Below are positions 29,198-38,995 of a stretch of 64,000 nucleotides of DNA, in pieces. The notes under the pieces are model-generated. The model ran no database searches, was not told where the DNA came from, and was given only the letters and a program-made list of their open reading frames with translations. Position 1 is the first letter of the stretch; the number at the start of each line of letters is the position of its first letter. The stretch lies in the IMG/VR virus record IMGVR_UViG_3300044846_005309, positions 32,001-96,000 of that record. One strand, written 5' to 3'. This DNA comes from a virus. The position numbers were made by a program, and so were the translations under genes.

Positions 29198-30359
29198 TTT
29201 CGGCAATGTATTTGGAGCTCCGCAACTACCATTTGGCGTACCAGCTGTCGGTAACCCTATGGTCAACGCAGCACCTCAACAGGTTATGCAACACGGTGGG
29301 ATGCCTAACGGCTTAGATCGAGCTATTAGTTTTGCTGCCGACCATCAAGGTTGCGGGTTCTGGAGAATGCATTGGCCGGAATTACTAATTAACGGGCAGC
29401 AACTTGGAATTATTAACAATAATAATTTCATGATTTTGCAAGAGAACTTTTATGGTGGTATTAAGAGCGTACGTGTTCAAAGACAGGTAACCCCTACTCA
29501 GCTGCAATTTGTAAAGTTTTTAAGAGAGCTTTCTAATAAAACTAACAAATTTAAAATTTATTACGAAATTGATGATGTTATTTTTCCAGAAGATATTCCT
29601 GTGTATAACAAGGCTCGAGAGGCATTTGTAGACCCAGTTATAGGGGCTACAGCTATAGAAATAATGAAACATTGCGATATGATTACTACCCCGACTGCCT
29701 ACATGTCTCAGTATTATCAAAAAAGAAGCGGGGTACCTGCAATAGTACTACCTAATTATATACCTAAGTTTTGGCTAGATAGATTTTATACAAAATCTAA
29801 AATAGTTGAAAATTTTGATAGAAATAGAAAGCGGCCACGGGTAGGTTATGTCGGTAGCCCTACTCATTTCAATATTGCAAAATTACCCGGGGTTCAAGAT
29901 GACTTTAAAGGTATTGTAGAAGTTATTATTAAAACAGTAAAAAACTTTAAATGGGTGTTGATGGGGGGTCTCCCACAAGAACTTGAACACTATGTGCGTA
30001 CCGGAGAAATTGAATACCAGCCCTGGGCTCGTATTTTTGATTACCCTTCAGTCTATGATAGTTTGAATCTTAATGTAGCTATTGCACCTATTCAAAATAA
30101 TCCTTTTAATCTGGCAAAAGCTAATATTAAATACATTGAAGCAGGGGCGTTAGGTATCCCGTGTGTATGTCAAGATCTCGAGCCGTATAAAATTGCTCCT
30201 TTGCGTTTTAACACAGGGGATGAAATGATTGATAAAATTAAAAAATTGACTTCTGATAGAAAAACTTACCTCACCGAATCTGATAATGCCCGCAAAGTTG
30301 CATGTAAATACTGGCTGGAAGATCATATTGATGAGTACGTAAAGCTATATTTTACTTGA
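29184..30359 (+). CDS. GT-B fold glycosyltransferase immediately upstream of DNA polymerase
   Basis: GCGFWR, EIDD, VGYVGSPTH, IAPIQNNPFN.AK.NIKYIEAGALG. Confidence 0.8.
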   Translation: MTYPNFGNVFGAPQLPFGVPAVGNPMVNAAPQQVMQHGGMPNGLDRAISFAADHQGCGFWRMHWPELLINGQQLGIINNNNFMILQENFYGGIKSVRVQRQVTPTQLQFVKFLRELSNKTNKFKIYYEIDDVIFPEDIPVYNKAREAFVDPVIGATAIEIMKHCDMITTPTAYMSQYYQKRSGVPAIVLPNYIPKFWLDRFYTKSKIVENFDRNRKRPRVGYVGSPTHFNIAKLPGVQDDFKGIVEVIIKTVKNFKWVLMGGLPQELEHYVRTGEIEYQPWARIFDYPSVYDSLNLNVAIAPIQNNPFNLAKANIKYIEAGALGIPCVCQDLEPYKIAPLRFNTGDEMIDKIKKLTSDRKTYLTESDNARKVACKYWLEDHIDEYVKLYFT

Positions 30360-30391
30360 ACTTTATGTAAGGTCATACGACAATATGACCT

Positions 30392-32956
30392 ATGTACCGT
30401 AACGTTTATTATAGCTCTCGAGACGGGTTGATCCATCTCTTTACTTGGAATGATAAAGGAGAGCGAGTTATCAAGAAGATGGCATTTCAGCCGTATTTTT
30501 ACGTTGAGACGAATTCTGATAACGTAGACGCTGTATCTATCTTTAATACTAAACTAAAGAAAAAGGTTTTTCGCAATAGTTTTGATCGTAATAAAGCTGC
30601 GCAAGATGGAGCTATCAAGCGGCTTTACCATAATATTCAAGTAGAGCAGCAATTTTTAATAGATCAATTTAGTGAACAATACGATAAACCCGAATTTACT
30701 GCTAACCCTATTAAGGTGTGTTTTCTGGATATCGAAGTATTCAGCCCTGATGAATTTCCGGAAGCTAAAGATGCAAAGCACCCTATCAATCTAATTACCA
30801 TCTATGATAATTTATCTAAAACGTTTTACACATGGGGAACTAAGCCGTATACCTCTAAGCGTCAAAATGTAGTATATACAGAATGCTCGAGCGAAGCCGA
30901 TCTTCTAGAAAAGTTTTTAGAGTTTTGGGAGAATGGGTATTACCCGGACATTCTATCAGGGTGGAATACGGACTTTTTCGATTTTCCGTATTTAATTAAC
31001 CGTATTACTAACTTACTCGGGGAAGATGCCGCAAAGCGGTTATCCCCGCTTAAGAGTCTGTGGTGCCGGAAAGGTATTTTTGTAAAGGGTCAAGAACTAG
31101 ACCGCTGGTATATTCATGGCCTTGCAGCTATGGACTATCTTGAAGTCTACAAAGGTTTCGCTCGCGGGTTGCTTGAGTCATATGCTCTCAACTTTGTTGC
31201 GCAGCACGAGCTAGGAGAAGGTAAGTTGGCTATTAACGCAACTAATCTAGCTACTCTTTCAGAGTCTGATTGGAATAATTTTGTAGATTATAACATTCAA
31301 GACGTTGACCTACTTGTGCGTATGGAGAACAAGCTTCAATTCTTTAAGATTATACGTATGTTAGCGTATAAGGGATTAACTAATTTCGAAAGCGCGCTTG
31401 GTAAAGTCTCTATTGTAACTGGCTGCGTCTCCCTAGAAGCCCGTAAACATGGTATGGTTATACCTACGTTTGTAGAAGGGCCCACAAGAGAAGCTATTGA
31501 AGGAGGTTATGTAAGAGATCCTGAACGAGGTCTTAAGACTGCTGTAGTTAGCTACGATGCTAACTCACTATATCCTAATACTATCATTACTCTTAATATC
31601 TCCCCCGAAACTAAGGTAGGTAAAATTGTTAGTAGAGATAATGAAAATACCAACATACTTTTAACGAGTGGTAAAGAGTATAAATTACCTAATGCTAAGT
31701 TTGAACAATTTGTAGCTTTGGAAAAACTGGCTATTTCTAAGGCTAATGTGTTATACACTCAAAAGAAGAAAGGAGTTGTGCCTTCTCTTATTGACGGGCT
31801 ATATGCAGAACGAGTTGCTAACAAAAATCAGTACGTAGAGTATAAGAAAAAACTCAGTAAGTTAATTCCAGATACTGATGATTATAGAGCGTGTAAGACT
31901 TTTATGGAAAGAGCGGATACTATTCAATACGTTATCAAAATTTTGCTTAATTCTATTTATGGTGTTTTTGCTAATAAATTTTCTCCTATTTGCGATAGTG
32001 ATCATGCTGGGAGTATTACTCTCACGGGGCAATCTGTGGTTAAACAAGCAAGTGTTATCCTGGATGAATATGCTAAAACAAGACATAGTATTGGGACTTC
32101 TCTTACTATTTACGGGGATACTGACAGTACTCACATTACTATACAGCCTATACTCGATAAGTTAAAATTAAAAATATTTCAGAATAATAAAGTTACGCCT
32201 GAAGGGTTAGATCTTATTGATAAAGATATGGGGACATATCTTAATGATGAGATTAAAAAGTGGTCTGCTTCAGAGTTCAAATCAGTCGATCCTCGTTATT
32301 TCTTTAAACGAGAATCAATTTGTGATGTAGGGGTGTACCTAGAAAAGAAGCGCTATATTATTCACGTACTCAATGATGAAGGGGCAGACGTAAATAAGTT
32401 TAAATACGTAGGTGTCGAGATTGCTCGTTCTACCACACCTAAAAAAGCTAAAGAACTTATTAAGAAAGTAATTGAAACGTCCCTAGTAATGCAGGACCAG
32501 ATTAATGCTAATAACCTTTACAAGCAAACCTACGAAAGCTTTAAGAAATTACAAATTGATGATATAGCTATTAGAGGGGGGTTAAGTGATTTAGAAAAGT
32601 ATGAGAGTAAATGTGAGTACCCTTTTAAAATTGCTAAAGGCACTCCTAATCACGTAAAAGGTGCAATTTACTTTAATCACCTACTTAGAAAGATGGGTTT
32701 AGATACAAAATACGAAAAAATTACTTCAGGGGGTAAGGTTAAAAAGATTTACGTTGCTCCTAATCGTTACCAAATCGATACGCTTTGCTATACCGCAACC
32801 TACCCAGTAGAATTTACTGAGTTTCAGGTAGATTATATTGAAATGTTTGATACACTTATTAAACCGCCTATCTTAGCAGTTTATGAGGCTATTGGTTGGC
32901 GACTGCCCGATGTTGTTAATGAATCTGAAACCGATCTTTTTTCTTTATTCTCATGA
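30392..32956 (+). CDS. family B DNA polymerase (T4 gp43-like)
   Basis: DIEV exo I, GWN..FFD, YNIQD, YDANSLYP, KILLNSIYG, YGDTDS, KKRY. Confidence 0.96.
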   Translation: MYRNVYYSSRDGLIHLFTWNDKGERVIKKMAFQPYFYVETNSDNVDAVSIFNTKLKKKVFRNSFDRNKAAQDGAIKRLYHNIQVEQQFLIDQFSEQYDKPEFTANPIKVCFLDIEVFSPDEFPEAKDAKHPINLITIYDNLSKTFYTWGTKPYTSKRQNVVYTECSSEADLLEKFLEFWENGYYPDILSGWNTDFFDFPYLINRITNLLGEDAAKRLSPLKSLWCRKGIFVKGQELDRWYIHGLAAMDYLEVYKGFARGLLESYALNFVAQHELGEGKLAINATNLATLSESDWNNFVDYNIQDVDLLVRMENKLQFFKIIRMLAYKGLTNFESALGKVSIVTGCVSLEARKHGMVIPTFVEGPTREAIEGGYVRDPERGLKTAVVSYDANSLYPNTIITLNISPETKVGKIVSRDNENTNILLTSGKEYKLPNAKFEQFVALEKLAISKANVLYTQKKKGVVPSLIDGLYAERVANKNQYVEYKKKLSKLIPDTDDYRACKTFMERADTIQYVIKILLNSIYGVFANKFSPICDSDHAGSITLTGQSVVKQASVILDEYAKTRHSIGTSLTIYGDTDSTHITIQPILDKLKLKIFQNNKVTPEGLDLIDKDMGTYLNDEIKKWSASEFKSVDPRYFFKRESICDVGVYLEKKRYIIHVLNDEGADVNKFKYVGVEIARSTTPKKAKELIKKVIETSLVMQDQINANNLYKQTYESFKKLQIDDIAIRGGLSDLEKYESKCEYPFKIAKGTPNHVKGAIYFNHLLRKMGLDTKYEKITSGGKVKKIYVAPNRYQIDTLCYTATYPVEFTEFQVDYIEMFDTLIKPPILAVYEAIGWRLPDVVNESETDLFSLFS

Positions 32957-33762
32957 TTAAAATCTCACACGAATCCCCTCTTAGTATGCTTGAGATCTCT
33001 CGGACATACAACGATTATGACTATGCTCTGGTACATCTTTTCGAGACTAACCCTGAGTATTTTTCTTTTTTTAAAGAAAGTTTAAAGTTAAACCGAACTG
33101 TTCTTCTAGATAATTCTATTTTTGAACTCGGTGTTGCTTTCGAAACAAAAAAATATATTAATTGGATTAATAATTTGGAGCCTACAGAGTATATTATACC
33201 CGACGTACTTGAAAATTGCGATAAAACCATTCAAGAAGCAAAATACTGGATGGGTGGTGCAATTTTTTCTTGTTATAGTGATTCTGTACCGATCGGAGTT
33301 ATACAAGGTAAGACCTATGCAGAATTTGTTAAATGCTACACTGCTTTAGATTATTTAGGGGTAGAGAAACTAGCTATTTCCTTTGATTATAGTTACTATT
33401 TAACGGTTTTTCCGCATCCTAATAAATGGGTAAGTTATGCCATGGGAAGAGTGATGACTCTAAAAAGACTTTTGGACGATGGTGTCATTAATACCAAGAA
33501 GCCACACCACCTACTTGGCTGCGCACATCCTCGCGAATATAGTTTTTATAACGATCCCTCTTTTAATTGGATCAAGACTTTAGATACTTCATCTCCTATT
33601 GTACACGGTATTAAGAAAGTAGGTTATGGAGATCTTTTTGCAAACTGGACAAAAGAAAAAACTAAACTCGTCGACCTACTAGATTGTGTTCCCGATGAAG
33701 AGCAAGAACAATGGATAGCAGAAAATATAAGAGACTTTAGAAAGTTTGTCCATAATGGATAA
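32953..33762 (+). CDS. dpdA: TGT-fold DpdA-like 7-deazaguanine transglycosylase (DpdA3-like by context)
   Basis: LLDNSIFE, PDV, VIQG, HLLG, LDTSSP TIM-barrel motifs; sits between DNA polymerase and dpdN/kinase/queF. Confidence 0.7.
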   Translation: MIKISHESPLSMLEISRTYNDYDYALVHLFETNPEYFSFFKESLKLNRTVLLDNSIFELGVAFETKKYINWINNLEPTEYIIPDVLENCDKTIQEAKYWMGGAIFSCYSDSVPIGVIQGKTYAEFVKCYTALDYLGVEKLAISFDYSYYLTVFPHPNKWVSYAMGRVMTLKRLLDDGVINTKKPHHLLGCAHPREYSFYNDPSFNWIKTLDTSSPIVHGIKKVGYGDLFANWTKEKTKLVDLLDCVPDEEQEQWIAENIRDFRKFVHNG

Positions 33763-33988
33763 GACGATTGAAACTTTAACTGAAATTGTACGAATTAATT
33801 ATCCACATTTATTAGACGGAGATACAAAAATAATCGACTATTGCTTTTGGAACGCAACAAGCAATAAAGAATTACCCGTCAAAAAACTAGAAAATGTTAA
33901 ATCCTATAAACTTACCCATGACAATTTTGATTTAGTGCTTGTAATTTTTTTCAGTGATAATACAATAGGTTTTAGATTAAAAATATGA
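33755..33988 (+). CDS. hypothetical protein
   Basis: 77-aa ORF coupled to both neighbours. Confidence 0.55.
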   Translation: MDKTIETLTEIVRINYPHLLDGDTKIIDYCFWNATSNKELPVKKLENVKSYKLTHDNFDLVLVIFFSDNTIGFRLKI

Positions 33989-34578
33989 AAAAAGACTTTT
34001 ACTGGAAAGCGCTTTTTTCTCAAAGCGGGTCTGAGATACTAGAGGTTTCAACTCGAGTTGGGCGCTTCCCGAATGCAATTATTACTAACAAGCCTTTAGA
34101 AGATATGGATCGTATTAATCCTAGACTTCTAGAGTTAGCTTTTGATCGGTTTATTTTTATTTCTCAAAAGCCATCGATAGAGGAATACAAAGAATCTATT
34201 AGACGGGCTGATATGGTAACATTACACGGTTTTTTACGTATTTTACCTTCTCAAATTTGTGGCCGTTATAGGATTTTTAATGGTCACCCAGGCCTTATTA
34301 CTAAGTTTCCTGCGCTTAAAGGTAAAGATCCTCAGAAAAAAGTTTGGGATAACTATGCAAATACACCATACAAGCTTCATGGACATGTTATACATGAAGT
34401 TATACCTGAAGTAGATGCTGGTAAGGTTGTTTCTGAAAAACAGTTTTATAGCGAAAACATCTATACCGATTTTAATAATATCGATTCTTATATTGCTAAG
34501 CTGCACAGTCTGGCAATTGAAAATTGGGTTGAGTTTATTAAAAAACGTATTATACTAAATAATTCTTATGCGAAATAA
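33985..34578 (+). CDS. PurN-like formyltransferase (DpdN-like preQ1 formyltransferase)
   Basis: FSQSGS, LHGFLRILP, NGHPGL, HEVIPEVDAG Formyl_trans_N motifs; no other purine biosynthesis genes in the window. Confidence 0.8.
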   Translation: MKKDFYWKALFSQSGSEILEVSTRVGRFPNAIITNKPLEDMDRINPRLLELAFDRFIFISQKPSIEEYKESIRRADMVTLHGFLRILPSQICGRYRIFNGHPGLITKFPALKGKDPQKKVWDNYANTPYKLHGHVIHEVIPEVDAGKVVSEKQFYSENIYTDFNNIDSYIAKLHSLAIENWVEFIKKRIILNNSYAK

Positions 34579-35137
34579 TTACAAAGCATGTATTTGTGGT
34601 GCGCATTCTCAAGGTAAAACTACATTAGTTAATGCTCTTAAAAAAGAAACTTTTTTAACGAGTGAATGTCATTTTTCCTTTCGTACCAATCTTACAAGGG
34701 GTTTGAAAGACTTAAACATACCTATTAATGAGAACGGCACGTCTTTGACACAATACTTAGTCATGGCAAGGCATTTAGAATATGCTACTGCTCCAGGTAA
34801 TTGGATTTTAGATCGCGGAGCTTTAGATGGCATTGCTTATACGGGGTATTTTTACGAAAAAGAACAAGTAAAAAAGGAAGTATATGAAGCTGCTGTAGAA
34901 ATATATAGAGATGTAATTAAGTTGTATGACAAGATTTTTTATATTGTACCTGAGTTAAATCTAGAAGATGATGGGGTACGTAGTACAAATAAAGAGTTTT
35001 TTGAAAGCGTGGTTAAGCAGTTTGAGTTCTACGTTAAGCATAACTCTATGCCTTCTGACAAATTTAAATTCGTTATGGGCTCTAAACAAGAGCGAGTAGA
35101 AACTGTAATTAATGAAATTAAAAAAGACTTTCAATGA
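34568..35137 (+). CDS. P-loop NMP kinase-like protein (AAA_28)
   Basis: GAHSQGKTT, LDRGALD, EDDGVRS. Confidence 0.75.
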   Translation: MRNNYKACICGAHSQGKTTLVNALKKETFLTSECHFSFRTNLTRGLKDLNIPINENGTSLTQYLVMARHLEYATAPGNWILDRGALDGIAYTGYFYEKEQVKKEVYEAAVEIYRDVIKLYDKIFYIVPELNLEDDGVRSTNKEFFESVVKQFEFYVKHNSMPSDKFKFVMGSKQERVETVINEIKKDFQ

Positions 35138-36060
35138 ATACTAATAATATCGATAAAGTACTCGGTCAAAGAGTAGATTCTCCTACTACCTATACGCCCG
35201 ATATTCTCGTACGAGAAGAGCGTCAACGTAACCGTACATATCTTAATATCCAGAATCAAAACCTGCCATTCGTGGGTTATGATATATGGAATGGTTATGA
35301 GTGTAGTGCAATGACTGAAAACGGATTGCCTGTCGCGTGCGTAGCTAAAGTTGTTTATACTGCAACTAATCCTTATATCGTCGAATCTAAGTCAATGAAG
35401 CTATATTGGAACGGTTTTAACATGCAGCCTATGGGTAAAACTGTAAAGGAAGTTCTTAAAAATATTAAGACTACTGCAGAAAAAGATCTTAGCGCTCTTC
35501 TAGAGACTGACGTAAAAGTCCAGTTGTTCTCTCAAGTACTCAACGATAATATTACTGAAGATTACGTATCATCTAGAGCTCGCTGGGAAATTAAATATAC
35601 CAACGACTGTTGGGGTACTCTTGAAACTCTGCCCGGCGCGGATAAAATTAAGTTTGAGGTTTTTAACGAAGATTCTAACTTACTTGAAGTTTACTCTGAG
35701 GAAAAAGAAGGGTTCGATTATTTTAGAAGCTCCTTACTTCGCTCTAATTGCAAGATTACTAAGCAGCCTGACTCAGGAGACATTTATATCTATTATAAGG
35801 GTAATTACAAGATAACCCCTTACTCTCTTCTTAAGTGGATCGTTTCATTTCGGAATGAATGTCACTTTCACGAAGAAATTTGTGAAGCAGCGTATAAGCG
35901 TCTCTGGGATGTATTGCACCCTAAGGAACTTCTTGTAACTTGTTTCTATGCCCGGCGTGGTGGTTGGGATATTGTACCGACTCGTGCTAATAAAAAGAGT
36001 CTGCTTGATAAAGACCTTATTAACCCCAAGTCTCCTTATTTTAAGTTCCCTCGTCAATAA
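35134..36060 (+). CDS. queF: bimodular NADPH-dependent preQ0 reductase QueF
   Basis: VESKSMKLY QueF motif, LLRSNC.IT.QPD, FHEEICE, YARRGG, C-terminal PRQ. Confidence 0.92.
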   Translation: MNTNNIDKVLGQRVDSPTTYTPDILVREERQRNRTYLNIQNQNLPFVGYDIWNGYECSAMTENGLPVACVAKVVYTATNPYIVESKSMKLYWNGFNMQPMGKTVKEVLKNIKTTAEKDLSALLETDVKVQLFSQVLNDNITEDYVSSRARWEIKYTNDCWGTLETLPGADKIKFEVFNEDSNLLEVYSEEKEGFDYFRSSLLRSNCKITKQPDSGDIYIYYKGNYKITPYSLLKWIVSFRNECHFHEEICEAAYKRLWDVLHPKELLVTCFYARRGGWDIVPTRANKKSLLDKDLINPKSPYFKFPRQ

Positions 36061-36095
36061 CTTGATATTAACTAAAAACACTATAATATAACTAT

Positions 36096-36443
36096 ATGGA
36101 CAATAAAATCATTGTATTTCTTGATAATATTCAGCGTACTATCGTAGCCACGCTTGTATCTGATAATGGTACTAGTATTACCGTTACTAAGCCTGCTATT
36201 CTTAATGTGAGCCCTACCCCTGAAAAGAAGCTCCAGGTGCAGCTGTATCCAGTTATCTTTAGAGAGTTTCTGAAGGATAGAGATGTTTTTCCTACCTGGA
36301 CTTACAGCAAGACTGCGGTTACTACAACCGACAGCCTAGATCTCGAGCCTAACTTGATTCTTCAGTATAATGAGATGTTTAAGGTAGTTAAGAACGAGCC
36401 TGCTCCTACTATCAAGCTGTTCGACGCAGACGAGAACAACTAA
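36096..36443 (+). CDS. conserved T4-like hypothetical (Sm-like fold candidate)
   Basis: 115-aa beta-rich protein ending 'LILQYNEMF'. Confidence 0.55.
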   Translation: MDNKIIVFLDNIQRTIVATLVSDNGTSITVTKPAILNVSPTPEKKLQVQLYPVIFREFLKDRDVFPTWTYSKTAVTTTDSLDLEPNLILQYNEMFKVVKNEPAPTIKLFDADENN

Positions 36444-36444
36444 T

Positions 36445-37581
36445 ATGGCTCGTAAAAGCAATAACGAAGAAACCAAGGTCTCCAGCCTCAAGGACATCTT
36501 TGAGGCTGTAGATGCTTTAAATGCTGATGCATCTTTACTTTCAGAAGAAAATTCTCTATCTATTGTTAATGATTGGATAGACACCGGTTCATATGCTCTC
36601 AATGCTATATTTTCTGGCTCACTCTACGGCGGAGTACCTGTCGGTCGTATTACTGGGTTTTCTGGCCCTTCTGGGGCTGGAAAGACACTTATCATTAACA
36701 AAATCATCGCTAATGCTCAAAAGAAGGGCTATTTTGCGGCTATATGGGATACCGAAGCAGCTGTCGATCGTCAATCTGCTGAAGGTGTTGGTATTGACGC
36801 TAAAAGAGTCAAGTATTATCCTGTTGAAACCGTAGAAGATTGTCGCAACCAAATTGCGACTTTTCTAGATAAAATCATTGCTGCAAAAGATCCTAATCTC
36901 AAAGTTATTATTGCTATTGATAGTCTAGGTAATCTTGCCAGCGCTAAAGAGCTACGAGATGTAACTGAAGGTAAGGACGCAGCAGATATGGGCACAAAGG
37001 CAAAAGCGATGAAATCTATGATGCGCGCTCTTACCTTTAAAGCAGCTAAGGCACGCGTGCCTATTCTGTTTACTAATCATATCTACGATAATCCTACATC
37101 TATGTACCCTGAACTAGTTAAAAAACAGTCTGGTGGTTCAGGTCCAGTCTATCTTGCATCTCTTCTTGTACAGTTAGCCACACGTAATGAAAAGATTGAT
37201 AAGAACGAAGATCAGGAAGCTATCGGAGTTGCACATAATGTTAGTGGTGTAACGCTATCAGCAATGACAGTAAAGAACCGATTCGTGCCTCCCTTTCTCA
37301 AGGCTGAACTTTATAACAATTTCCGTACCGGCCTATCCCGTTATGCAGGATTGGCTGATATGGCGATTGCTATGGGAGTCGTGACCGGAGATAAAACCTA
37401 TACTCTAGGTACTGATAAGATCGGTTATAGAAAAAACTGGGAAAACGACACAGAGTTTTGGGACAAAAAAGCGCTACCTCTCCTTGAAAAAGCTTTCAAG
37501 GAGAAAGTTTGCTACGGTAACGCTGCTATTGACAGTACGGACGAAACGTTAGAAGCGGAACCAGAAGAAACAAATACCTAA
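36445..37581 (+). CDS. uvsX: RecA-like recombinase UvsX
   Basis: IDTGSYALN, GPSGAGKT, DTE, DSLGNL, DMG, SGGSG, KNRF. Confidence 0.93.
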   Translation: MARKSNNEETKVSSLKDIFEAVDALNADASLLSEENSLSIVNDWIDTGSYALNAIFSGSLYGGVPVGRITGFSGPSGAGKTLIINKIIANAQKKGYFAAIWDTEAAVDRQSAEGVGIDAKRVKYYPVETVEDCRNQIATFLDKIIAAKDPNLKVIIAIDSLGNLASAKELRDVTEGKDAADMGTKAKAMKSMMRALTFKAAKARVPILFTNHIYDNPTSMYPELVKKQSGGSGPVYLASLLVQLATRNEKIDKNEDQEAIGVAHNVSGVTLSAMTVKNRFVPPFLKAELYNNFRTGLSRYAGLADMAIAMGVVTGDKTYTLGTDKIGYRKNWENDTEFWDKKALPLLEKAFKEKVCYGNAAIDSTDETLEAEPEETNT

Positions 37582-37584
37582 AAT

Positions 37585-37612
37585 AAAAGCTAAGGGCAAC
37601 CTTAGCTTTTTT
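37585..37612 (+). terminator. intrinsic terminator after uvsX
   Basis: AAAAGCTAAGG-GCAA-CCTTAGCTTTTTT. Confidence 0.85.
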
Positions 37613-37635
37613 AGTTTATACACTATAATAATGCT

Positions 37636-38979
37636 ATGAAGAAAGAAACCCTTCGAGTTAATACTGATTTCTTTGAGAACATCGTGGCATGTCAGTGTTT
37701 AACTAATTCGTACTATGCATCTTTAGTTTTTGACCATCTTAACCCAGAAAATTTTAAAAACGCGGGTAACAAACTAGTAATTACTATTATTAAAGATTTT
37801 TTCGGTAAACGTAGAACTTTACCTACTCTTACCGAAATTAAGACTTATCTATCAAAGCAGGAAGACCTTAAACTTTTTAAAGAAACGGTAACTACCTATA
37901 AGCAATACGACACTAATGTCAATATTGACGAGCTTATTGCTAATACTGAAATTTTCTTTAAAGAAAGAGCGGTTTATAATACAGTACTTAAAATAGTAGA
38001 TGATGTTACTAATGAACGTTCAGACTATGGTAAATTCTTAAGCTGGTTTGAACGAGCCTGTAATATTACTCTAGTAAATGATATTGGGCTAGATTTTTAC
38101 GGAGATTACGAAAGAGTAATCAGAGAGCTGAGTGTACAAAACGAAGTAATACCAACAGGCTGGAACTTTATAGACAGTAAAATCGGAGGAGGGCTAATGA
38201 AGAACGGACGCGCTCTTTATTTATTTCTTGGTCCTACCAACGTAGGTAAGAGTATATTTTTAGGTAATGTAGCTAGTAATATGGCTCAAAGAGGTCTTAC
38301 TACCGTGCTTATTTCCCTTGAAATGCCTGAAATGATGTATGCAAAAAGAATTAGTAGCCACCTTTCAAAAATACCAATTAATAATATACAAGAGCAGACT
38401 TCTTCACTAGAAACCTTCTTTAAAGAGAACGTAGAGACTCATAAACGTAAGCTTATTATTAAAGAGTTTCCGCCTAAAAGCGTTACAGTCGGAGGTATTA
38501 AAGCATATATAGAGTCTCTTGTAAAAGCAGGTATAAAGCCTGAGGTGTTAGTAATTGATTATTTGGGTCTTATCAAATCCAATGACGGAGATAATTCATA
38601 CTCGCAAGGTAAAGCTGCAGCAGAAGAGCTTAGAGCATTGTCATATTATTTTAATATGCCAGTAGTAAGCGCTATACAGACTAACAGAGAAGGTATGGAG
38701 AATCCAAGCCTAGATACAGTGTCAGAGTCTTTAGGTGTAGCATTTACTGCAGATGTGGTGTGGTCTATTCATCAAGAAGAAGGAGATCAAGAACTGGGCA
38801 TAATTAAAGTCGGAGGTATTAAGAACCGTTTAGGACCTAAACATGGGGCCACAGCAATGCGTATTGATTATACTACTCTTTCGCTTTCTGAAGAAAAAGA
38901 TTATATAGGATTAACCAAGAACGGGGAAGATTCTAATGAAATATCTAATTTAGAAGCAAAACTGGAAAAACTTTCGTAA
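37636..38979 (+). CDS. replicative DnaB-like helicase (T4 gp41)
   Basis: GPTNVGKS, SLEM, IKEFPP, IDYL, QTNR, SES, KNRLG. Confidence 0.93.
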   Translation: MKKETLRVNTDFFENIVACQCLTNSYYASLVFDHLNPENFKNAGNKLVITIIKDFFGKRRTLPTLTEIKTYLSKQEDLKLFKETVTTYKQYDTNVNIDELIANTEIFFKERAVYNTVLKIVDDVTNERSDYGKFLSWFERACNITLVNDIGLDFYGDYERVIRELSVQNEVIPTGWNFIDSKIGGGLMKNGRALYLFLGPTNVGKSIFLGNVASNMAQRGLTTVLISLEMPEMMYAKRISSHLSKIPINNIQEQTSSLETFFKENVETHKRKLIIKEFPPKSVTVGGIKAYIESLVKAGIKPEVLVIDYLGLIKSNDGDNSYSQGKAAAEELRALSYYFNMPVVSAIQTNREGMENPSLDTVSESLGVAFTADVVWSIHQEEGDQELGIIKVGGIKNRLGPKHGATAMRIDYTTLSLSEEKDYIGLTKNGEDSNEISNLEAKLEKLS

Positions 38980-38995
38980 CTAGCTAAATAGACAA

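Noticed and set aside
30392-32956. Intein or intron in DNA polymerase (or in the helicases/UvsX)
   Set aside because: Lengths and motif spacing are normal; no intein splice motifs noticed.
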